Shown: positions 1-6,733 of the stretch, one piece after another
Numbering within the stretch: the stretch's first letter is position 1
How the letters are laid out: each line of letters begins with the position of its first letter
Virus record (IMG/VR): IMGVR_UViG_3300049924_000223
Coordinates: 1-42,296 of that record
DNA: 42,296 nt
Reading direction: 5' to 3' (one strand)
DNA from: a virus
Taxonomy: Duplodnaviria; Caudoviricetes
Notes under the pieces: generated by a model
Databases searched by the model: none
The model's input: the letters and a program-made list of their open reading frames with translations, nothing else
What the model was told of the DNA's origin: nothing
Made by a program: the position numbers and the translations under genes

Positions 1-178
1 GAAAAGCGTTGTTTGTACGTGCGCCACAGGTGGCGCAGTGCAAGAAAAGGACGCCTGGATCCGGGGAGTGATTGCGCCAGGAGTGGGGACGGGCGGGGCT
101 CATGCGACCGCCTTGCGCACCAGCGACACGGTGCCGCTTTTGGCGTCGATGCCGACGTCGAGACCGTCCGCCTTGAGC
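1..178. repeat. Terminal direct repeat, left copy (circular assembly overlap)
   Basis: 1-178 matches 42119-42296 except position 51 (a) versus 42169 (g). Confidence 0.95.
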
Positions 179-432
179 GCGGCATGGCTCGCGTAACCCA
201 GGCGCTTGGACAACATTTCGTAGAGCGTGGCGGCAGCCGCGGGCAGGTCGGCGTTGGCCTGGGTGAGTTGCGCGGCCATGGCCTTGGACGCGGCGAGCAG
301 ACGGCCGACGGAGTCGCGGGCTTCCTGGCAGGCCTTGAGCTGGCGGCGTTCCGCCTTGGTCATTTGCTCGGTCCGGATCACTTCTTTGATTTCGGCGGGC
401 TTTGTTTCGGCAGTCGCGGCGGGGGCGGTCAT
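100..432 (-). CDS. Hypothetical early protein (110 aa)
   Basis: ORF downstream of an AT-rich intergenic region; its stop overlaps the ATG of the next gene (103 = 42221) across the circle join. Confidence 0.7.
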   Translation of the reverse strand: MTAPAATAETKPAEIKEVIRTEQMTKAERRQLKACQEARDSVGRLLAASKAMAAQLTQANADLPAAAATLYEMLSKRLGYASHAALKADGLDVGIDAKSGTVSLVRKAVA

Positions 433-441
433 GGTCGTCCT

Positions 442-558
442 AGTGACTTTGTTAGTATGTTGTTATGGCAGAAAGATGAATATAATAAACCGATGGAATT
501 AGCGGGTATTTAGTAATGTTCCCGTATATACATTATCATTCATTAAACTTTGTTAGTA
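442..558. promoter_or_regulatory. AT-rich control region with two degenerate operator copies (ACTTTGTTAGTA at 446-457 and 547-558)
   Basis: Identical 12-mer twice; variant ACTTTTTTAGTA at 833-844. Confidence 0.5.
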
Positions 559-791
559 CCGACGCGGCAAAGGCGAGCGAGGTCCTCCGTCGTCATGCCA
601 AGGCCGCGGGCCACGCTCGGCATCTTCTTTTTTTGCACGCCCTTATGGCCGCCGGTAGTATGCAGACAGACCCAATGTCCGGACACGCCGAGAATTTTCC
701 CGACTTCTTCCTGGGTGCGGGTGAGAAGTAGCTCCTCAAGCGCATGGCGCAGGCTCTTGGGCTTGGGTTTACTAAATGCGTTAGTGGCCAT
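543..791 (-). CDS. Cro-like XRE-family HTH regulator (82 aa, start at MATNAF)
   Basis: HTH-like segment TQEEVGKILGVSGHWV; divergent from the repressor; the longer 331-aa ORF is mostly antisense to the repressor. Confidence 0.75.
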   Translation of the reverse strand: MATNAFSKPKPKSLRHALEELLLTRTQEEVGKILGVSGHWVCLHTTGGHKGVQKKKMPSVARGLGMTTEDLARLCRVGTNKV

Positions 792-850
792 GGGCGGCTC
801 TCGTTGCTGGTGTGATGGCCCGAATAGAACTAACTTTTTTAGTATGTCAA
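771..850 (-). promoter_or_regulatory. Early promoter (-35 TTGACA at 850-845) with ACTAA-N5-TTAGT operators at 829-843 and 771-785
   Basis: Two perfect 5-bp inverted repeats with a 5-bp spacer; one lies in the promoter spacer, one in the first codons of the cro-like gene. Confidence 0.65.
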
Positions 851-939
851 ATCTTCTTTTGCTTTCGGTGCTTTTTGTTGTTAAATAGGAATCGTGGACA
901 CGGAATCCACGCGAACCAATGCACGGAAGCAAGGACGCT

Positions 940-1389
940 ATGAACAAAGAAACATCGAGAGAATGGGCCGAATTTACTAAAAAAGCCATGGAATTGGCGG
1001 GCGTTTCGCAAGTCGACCTCGCGAGGAAGCTCACCAAGAAACTCGGGCGAACGATCACCCAGGGCGCTCTCCAGGCCCGGCTAAATAATCCCAGGTCACA
1101 GCCTCCGAAAGATGACGAGCTGCGCGCCTGGGCCGATATTTTACGATTAGAAGGGTTCCATCGGCAGCAATTCGAAAGGCTGGCGCTGTTCACCCGCACC
1201 CCCCTCCCGATTCGCAAGGAACTGATGACAGTGGAAGACCGCGCCGAACGATTAGAAAAACGTGTGTCTAACCTGGAAAAACAGGACCTAGACCTTCGCC
1301 GGCAACTTGCTGATGCGCGCCTCCATTTGGCGGAGGCGACTAGCAAGGCGGAGGCTTTGCTTGCGAAGTTCGCCGATCTGGAGCACTGA
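940..1389 (+). CDS. CI-like repressor: N-terminal HTH, C-terminal coiled coil (alternative start 919)
   Basis: VSQVDLARKL...ITQGALQARL HTH; heptad-rich tail LEKRVSNLEKQDLDLRRQLADARL; divergent arrangement; no S24 autopeptidase domain seen. Confidence 0.75.
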   Translation: MNKETSREWAEFTKKAMELAGVSQVDLARKLTKKLGRTITQGALQARLNNPRSQPPKDDELRAWADILRLEGFHRQQFERLALFTRTPLPIRKELMTVEDRAERLEKRVSNLEKQDLDLRRQLADARLHLAEATSKAEALLAKFADLEH

Positions 1390-1607
1390 CCGTTGCTGAC
1401 TAACGTCCACAATTTCCGTGCGGACAAAAATGTCGCCAAGGCTAACGCCAAGGCTCTCGACATAGAGAGCGCTGGACCGGTCGGTGGTCGCTTCCTGCGT
1501 GTCCTGCACGTTTTGCGCCATATCTTCCATGCTCTCAACGGTTAGGGGTGCCACTGCAAATTGCAACACCCTTCTAAGATCGCTGATAAACCCCCGGGAA
1601 AAACCAC

Positions 1608-1766
1608 ATGCGCCCCCTTCTCCTGCTGCTCCTCCTACCACTGCTCTCCCTCACCGCCTGCGGATCCAAGGACAAGGACCGCGACGACACGCCGCCGCCT
1701 GATCCTACCATGGGTCCCGCGCTGCCAGCCGAGGAGGTCCCCCTCCTGCCGGTTGCAAACGGCTGA
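1608..1766 (+). CDS. Small lipoprotein (52 aa), not in the ORF track
   Basis: Hand translation MRPLLLLLLLPLLSLTA-CGSKDKDRDDTPPPDPTMGPALPAEEVPLLPVANG; clear lipobox LTAC. Confidence 0.75.
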   Translation: MRPLLLLLLLPLLSLTACGSKDKDRDDTPPPDPTMGPALPAEEVPLLPVANG

Positions 1767-1770
1767 GCCA

Positions 1771-1808
1771 CAAAACAACAAACCCCCGACCTTGCGGCCG
1801 AGGGTTGT
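1771..1808 (-). terminator. Intrinsic terminator ending the late operon (possibly bidirectional)
   Basis: Minus strand AACCCTCGGCC-GCAA-GGTCGGGGGTT followed by TGTTGTTTTG; lies between convergent genes. Confidence 0.75.
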
Positions 1809-1834
1809 GTGGGCCGTACGGAGACGCGCCCGAA

Positions 1835-2917
1835 TTATTCGTAGCTAATGTGCACCGCGTGCTCACTGGCCGCTACCGCGCCGGTATCAGCCACGGCGAT
1901 GCCGGTGGTGAGCGCGTAGGCGATGCCGGTGCTCAGTCGCAGCCCGCGGGTACCCAACACGATGGACTGCACAGAGGCGGGCGGAATCGCCAGGGTCAGC
2001 ACCGGCGTATCGGTGCCCACGGTAGGAGCGCTCGCCTTGTTGTAGAGCTTGAAGTAACGCACCGCAGCGTTGACGTTGCTCACCACGATATGGTTGACGG
2101 TCCCCGCCGAAGCCTTCACCGAGGTTGCATTCGTGGTCGCCGCACTGATGAGGTGGTGAGTGGTGCCGGCGCCGATGTCCTTAACCCATTGCTCACCGAG
2201 CGAGCTGTATTGCGGGACGATGTAGTCGCCGGCCGCTGGGGTTTCCGCGGTGGGGACGTCGCGCCGAACAGCGAGGATGGCGACACCGGTATCGGTCGCG
2301 CCGATCGCCGAGTCGCGCGCCTTGCCGATTGATGTGCCGCTCGTGCCGCCCGTGCCCAGGTTGACCGTAAACGCGGTATTGTCCGACGCGATCGTCACGC
2401 GGTGCGAACCGGTGCCAGTCGTGCCGTTGCCCATCAAAGGAGTGACACCGTTGATTTGCGCGACGTTCACCGATTGATTGGCCGCAAGGCTTATCTGGCT
2501 GGTCGGAATGTCGGTCGGACGGTCGCGAGCGACTGCGATACCAGTAGCGGTTCCCGAGGTGTAGGCGGTGACGCGAACCCGAATCCACTGAGCAGTGACC
2601 GGGATGACCCATTGCCCTACAGCCGTTGCCGAGGTGACGGTCGCGCCGCCTCCGATGGGGAACGCCTGAATAGACGAGTAAGTGGTGTCATCATTCGACC
2701 CCTGAAAGCTGACGGTGGCCGTCCAGGTTCCGGTGAGCTGAACTTCCAGCTGGCGGGCTTCTAGACACTCAACCTTGATGAGGTCGGTGTTGTTGGCGGC
2801 GACCGAGCCCATGGTGTAGGTGACAGTTGGCTGGTCGGGACGCACGGTGGCAGCGGATGCCAGCGGAACGAGCAGGAGCGCCATAAGCAGCGCAGCGAGT
2901 GGACGAAGAAATCTCAT
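1835..2917 (-). CDS. Beta-rich structural-type protein with predicted Sec signal peptide (360 aa)
   Basis: Start MRFLRPLAALLMALLLVPLASA|AT overlaps the upstream stop (ATGA); Thr/Ala/Gly/Val-rich beta-sandwich-like domains. Confidence 0.7.
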   Translation of the reverse strand: MRFLRPLAALLMALLLVPLASAATVRPDQPTVTYTMGSVAANNTDLIKVECLEARQLEVQLTGTWTATVSFQGSNDDTTYSSIQAFPIGGGATVTSATAVGQWVIPVTAQWIRVRVTAYTSGTATGIAVARDRPTDIPTSQISLAANQSVNVAQINGVTPLMGNGTTGTGSHRVTIASDNTAFTVNLGTGGTSGTSIGKARDSAIGATDTGVAILAVRRDVPTAETPAAGDYIVPQYSSLGEQWVKDIGAGTTHHLISAATTNATSVKASAGTVNHIVVSNVNAAVRYFKLYNKASAPTVGTDTPVLTLAIPPASVQSIVLGTRGLRLSTGIAYALTTGIAVADTGAVAASEHAVHISYE

Positions 2918-3255
2918 GGGGTGACTTTCTTGGTAGCGGCCTGCACGCCGATGGCGATGGCCTGATCGATGAGAGAAATTTGCCCCGGAGTCAGCGCCTT
3001 GACCACGTCGGCATGCTCGCGGTTCAAGGATTCCGCCAGCTGGATGGCGGCGGCGCCGGCAAGAGCGCCAATAGGACCGCCGACCGCTTGACCGATCGCG
3101 GGAGCCGCGGCACGAATCAGCTTGGACGCAATGCCCAGGGCGATGCCGCCGGTGGTCGGATCGCCATGCGCCGCGGTGTCTTTGGCGATCTCCAGGCACG
3201 CAGCGAGAGCGCTCTCCGGGTTGTCGATCCAGTCTTGTGCGGTTGGGATCTTCAT
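2914..3255 (-). CDS. Hypothetical protein with Gly/Ala-rich hydrophobic segment (113 aa)
   Basis: MKIPTAQDW start coupled to the upstream stop; IGQAVGGPIGALAGAAAI glycine-zipper-like stretch. Confidence 0.65.
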   Translation of the reverse strand: MKIPTAQDWIDNPESALAACLEIAKDTAAHGDPTTGGIALGIASKLIRAAAPAIGQAVGGPIGALAGAAAIQLAESLNREHADVVKALTPGQISLIDQAIAIGVQAATKKVTP

Positions 3256-3458
3256 GGTTTCACCAGGGGGTGGCCAACTGCCGTGGCAATGGCCTGCGCA
3301 TTCGCGCGGATGGCTTTTATTTGTGGGCTGTCGGGCAGGGATTGGGCGGCCGCATCGATGGCCGCGGCGCTGTTGGCGATGTCGGTCTCCGCTTGACGTG
3401 AGACGCAACCGACACACACGAGCGGGAGCAAAAGCAGGAGCAGGGCTAGGCGTCTCAT
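3252..3458 (-). CDS. Lipoprotein, possibly a spanin component
   Basis: MRRLALLLLLLPLVCVG-C signal and lipobox; directly follows the holin-like gene. Confidence 0.65.
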   Translation of the reverse strand: MRRLALLLLLLPLVCVGCVSRQAETDIANSAAAIDAAAQSLPDSPQIKAIRANAQAIATAVGHPLVKP

Positions 3459-3661
3459 GGCTGTGGGTCCTTGGGTTTGTCAACGCGCTTGGCGCCGCCG
3501 GTGACGTCGTGGTCCTTGGCGACGAGACCAAGCAGGGTGGCCAAGATCAGCGAGGCGGTCATCACTGACTCTTGAGTGAGCCAGCCATTTTGTAGGCACA
3601 CGGCCAAGGGGATGGCGCAGAGCCCCACCAGTGTGGTCTTGTAGTTGGCTAGGCGCTTCAT
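3455..3661 (-). CDS. Putative holin (2 TM)
   Basis: NYKTTLVG start motif, two hydrophobic helices, LGLVAKD and a charged C-terminus. Confidence 0.6.
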   Translation of the reverse strand: MKRLANYKTTLVGLCAIPLAVCLQNGWLTQESVMTASLILATLLGLVAKDHDVTGGAKRVDKPKDPQP

Positions 3662-3664
3662 GGG

Positions 3665-4036
3665 TTATTCTTTCACAACAGGGGTAAGGGCAGAGGTCTC
3701 GCCGCTGCCACCATGTCGCGGCGCGGGCTGAGTGTCAGGATCGTAACGACGGAGGACTCGCACGGCCCAGCGCGTGACCTCTTTGGTGTCGTCGAGAATC
3801 GTGGCGATTTGCACCGCTCGTTCGCTGGCGCGGATCTCGCGCGCTTCTGCCTTGGCGACATCGGCGTCAGACTTGCTGACCATGAGATCCTTCGTTGCCT
3901 TGATCTCCGCCTCGATGCGGAGGTTGCGCTCCTCGCACTTGCGATTGCCAACAACGACCATGCGCCACAGGGCAAGCACGGCAGCGCAGAGCGTGGTGCC
4001 AACTGCGGCGGCGATGATGAAGGGGACGGGGTCCAC
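3665..4036 (-). CDS. Membrane-anchored coiled-coil protein (lysis-region type)
   Basis: One N-terminal TM followed by a helical charged region; located after the tailspike. Confidence 0.6.
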   Translation of the reverse strand: MDPVPFIIAAAVGTTLCAAVLALWRMVVVGNRKCEERNLRIEAEIKATKDLMVSKSDADVAKAEAREIRASERAVQIATILDDTKEVTRWAVRVLRRYDPDTQPAPRHGGSGETSALTPVVKE

Positions 4037-6672
4037 TACTGTTTCCTGACGCGAGCACGGAGGGTTCCGGACGCGAGGTCTAGCGCGCCACCAGATTCAT
4101 TCTGAAAGCGGACACTAACCGTGTTGACCCCCGAGACCCAGGCTGTCACGGAGATACCTTGGAGGTCCAGGGAGAATGCCGCCTCCGCAAAATCCCCTAG
4201 TGCAGCCCCTGTCACCGTGACGGTGGTGGTCGCCCCCGCACCGTCTGCGAGGTTAGGCGGGTCATAGGTGGCAGACCCCTGGAGGACGGCGCTCACCGTC
4301 AGTTCCTCAACCCAGCCAGCGTTGGTGTAGAGCCAACCGAGGCGAAGGTGGCCATTGGTAACGACAGCAGGATCGCAGTACTGCACTCGCATGCCGATGG
4401 TTCCGGTCCACGTAGGCGCATCGAGCCCGAGGTCCTCGGAACCACCAGGAGAGACCTTCAGGCCCGTGGCAACGTTGTTGAACTGGTTGCCCCACATCTC
4501 CCCCTGAGCGTTCCCGGAGTAAATGCAGTAGTTGCCAGCGTTCACGTTGTAGAAAACGTTGCCCTTCACCACGACCTTGGTGTTGCTGATCAGATCAAGC
4601 GAGGGAGAAGAATTGCCAATCAGGTGATTGTTTTCTATGATGATCGGGCCGGTGTCCCACGAGCGAGCAAAGATGTGCGCCGTCCCCGAACCACTGACGC
4701 GATTTCCTGAGATGCGGCAGTCCGCGAGGTTGTATGATCCGTCGCCGCTCGCTAAGTTGATCCCTATTTGAGAGGCCCGCACATTGTTGTTTGTGATTTC
4801 AATACCCGATGAATCAGTGGTGCTCTGGATGTCCACCCAAATTCCATGCGTGCTGCCGTCATGAACCATATTGCCATCAATTTTCAGGTTAGTCAGAGGC
4901 CGAGTGGGGCCAGCATCCACCTTAATTCCGGCGCGCGCCGCCCCACGAATCACGTTGTGGGCGATCACGCTGTCGTGATTCGACTCGATCGCGCTGCCAG
5001 TGCCCTGAAAGGAGATGCCTACCCGGCAATTGTGGATCGTGTTCCCAATGCAGTTGTACCGAGCGCCTTCGCTGATGGCGATGGCAGCCTTCACCAGAGT
5101 AACATCGGCAACGCTGGTCTGGTTGTAGATCCAATTACCCATGACCGTCATGTCGATAGAGCCGAGCAAGTACATGCCGGTGTCGCGGCAGCCGATGATT
5201 CTATTCCCAATGATTGAGCCGTAGCGCGGGGGAAGGAAGTTGTTGTAAGCAACGATTGTGTAACAACCGGAATCGTCAGTAAAGGCGGCATCGGAACCGA
5301 CATCAAAGATGGTGTTGTTGGCGATGCTGAATCTCTGGATGTTTCCAAACATCACGCTCAGGCCCTTGCAATAGGTGCAATAAGCCGTGTTCCCTTCAAT
5401 CCTGATGTCTTTCAGCCACCCATTTGCGTTGGAGTTGTGGCCCCATATGCCAATGCATCCCTGTGGGATGGCGACCGAGGTTGGACCGCGAGCGTTGCCG
5501 GACAGGGATTCAAAGGTGCAGCCGGTTACCGAGATATTGCGCATGCCGTAGGTGCCAGCGAGGTTCTCCGCGTACACCCACGAATCGCCCTTGAAGTTGG
5601 TGAAGCGGCAGTTTTTGACGTGATAGCCTTCCAGCTCCGCAGATGCTCCGGTATTCACCCATGACAGCGCGATGCCGTTGATGAACCCGCTTGCTTGGGA
5701 GTTTCCGTACATCCACAAATCGCGTACCTGAATGTTGCTTTTGTTGACCCATCCAAAAATGTAATTGCAGACGGTCGTCCCGGTAACCACCAGCTTGCTG
5801 ACGCCGTTACCTTCGCCGAATACCAGGACGTTCCCCGCCGGCATGGTGAAGGGAGACGAAGCCAGGGTTGCGCTGGAGAGGTTGTAGGTTCCAGCCGGAA
5901 AATAGAGCGCCTTCCCGCTGGTGGTGGCTGCTACGGCGAGCGCGACCGCAGCGGTGTCGTCCGTGACGCCATCGCCGACAGCGCCATAGGCCGGGTCTTT
6001 TACGTTGATAACGGAAAGCCCAAGAGCGTAGGCCCCTGAAAGCCCGAGGGTAGTGCGCGCCTCTGACGCGCTGGTGTCGTCAATGAGCGACTGACCAAAC
6101 ACGGACGCGGTCGCGTTGGTGACAGCGCCGACCGATGCGTTGCCAGACGAGTCAAATACCAGGGTTTGATTGGCGCGGTTCGCCGCGTTGTCGTCAATCT
6201 TGGTGACGCTATCGCCGCCCGCTTCCAAGTACGGGATCTTGATGGCACGGTCTACGTCGCCCTTGAGCCGGATAATCTCATGAGACAAGCGATCGAGAGC
6301 GTTGGCAACCGATGCCGCATTGTACGGACCACCTACGGCGGGGCTGAAAGTCTGTGTGTAGGGAATGCCGCGCTGCAGCGAGAGCTTGTAACCGTTGGTC
6401 AGGTTGCCGGCCGTCAGAGTGATGGTGGCCAAGCCTGAAGCGTTCACGACCGCGGAGTAATCGACTCCGAGTGCAAGCTCGACGTCCTGGCCGTCCGCGG
6501 ACTGTTTGAAGACCCGCAACTCAGTCGTCGCCTTGACCGGGAACGTGGTGGAATAGGCGGCTAGGGAGCCGTTGCCGACGTAGTCGGTACGGCTGACCTC
6601 GGAGCTGACCGCACCCCAAGCCCCGGAAACCACAAACAGGAACGCAAGGACGAAACGTAAGCGGCCTAGCAT
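4036..6672 (-). CDS. Tailspike: podophage fibre-attachment N-domain plus pectate-lyase-like beta-helix; apparent signal peptide (alternative starts 6696, 6633)
   Basis: SRTDYVGNGSLAAYSTTFPV anchor motif; INVKDPAYGAVGDGVTDDTAA and LYFPAGTY beta-helix cap; repeated I-x-G-N-x-I coils. Confidence 0.9.
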   Translation of the reverse strand: MLGRLRFVLAFLFVVSGAWGAVSSEVSRTDYVGNGSLAAYSTTFPVKATTELRVFKQSADGQDVELALGVDYSAVVNASGLATITLTAGNLTNGYKLSLQRGIPYTQTFSPAVGGPYNAASVANALDRLSHEIIRLKGDVDRAIKIPYLEAGGDSVTKIDDNAANRANQTLVFDSSGNASVGAVTNATASVFGQSLIDDTSASEARTTLGLSGAYALGLSVINVKDPAYGAVGDGVTDDTAAVALAVAATTSGKALYFPAGTYNLSSATLASSPFTMPAGNVLVFGEGNGVSKLVVTGTTVCNYIFGWVNKSNIQVRDLWMYGNSQASGFINGIALSWVNTGASAELEGYHVKNCRFTNFKGDSWVYAENLAGTYGMRNISVTGCTFESLSGNARGPTSVAIPQGCIGIWGHNSNANGWLKDIRIEGNTAYCTYCKGLSVMFGNIQRFSIANNTIFDVGSDAAFTDDSGCYTIVAYNNFLPPRYGSIIGNRIIGCRDTGMYLLGSIDMTVMGNWIYNQTSVADVTLVKAAIAISEGARYNCIGNTIHNCRVGISFQGTGSAIESNHDSVIAHNVIRGAARAGIKVDAGPTRPLTNLKIDGNMVHDGSTHGIWVDIQSTTDSSGIEITNNNVRASQIGINLASGDGSYNLADCRISGNRVSGSGTAHIFARSWDTGPIIIENNHLIGNSSPSLDLISNTKVVVKGNVFYNVNAGNYCIYSGNAQGEMWGNQFNNVATGLKVSPGGSEDLGLDAPTWTGTIGMRVQYCDPAVVTNGHLRLGWLYTNAGWVEELTVSAVLQGSATYDPPNLADGAGATTTVTVTGAALGDFAEAAFSLDLQGISVTAWVSGVNTVSVRFQNESGGALDLASGTLRARVRKQ

Positions 6673-6674
6673 GT

Positions 6675-6720
6675 ATGCACTCCGTGCATTCGACATAGCT
6701 TACTTATGCAAAAATGGAAT
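6675..6720. promoter_or_regulatory. Paired ATGC-N7-GCAT boxes upstream of the tailspike
   Basis: 6675-6689 perfect; 6706-6720 ATGC-N7-GAAT; starts 31 bp apart. Confidence 0.65.
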
Positions 6721-6733
6721 GGATAACTAGCCG

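Noticed and set aside
20-37. Inverted repeat tgcgccac-ag-gtggcgca
   Set aside because: Short and inside the coding sequence for CATCGA; no regulatory context
792-1538. N-terminal 249 aa of the 331-aa minus-strand ORF
   Set aside because: Overlaps the repressor antisense and the promoter region; only 543-791 looks like a real gene
4036-6696. Diversity-generating retroelement, expected from the BPP-1-like virion genes
   Set aside because: No reverse transcriptase, Avd or TR/VR repeat pair seen; the receptor-binding protein is a beta-helix spike
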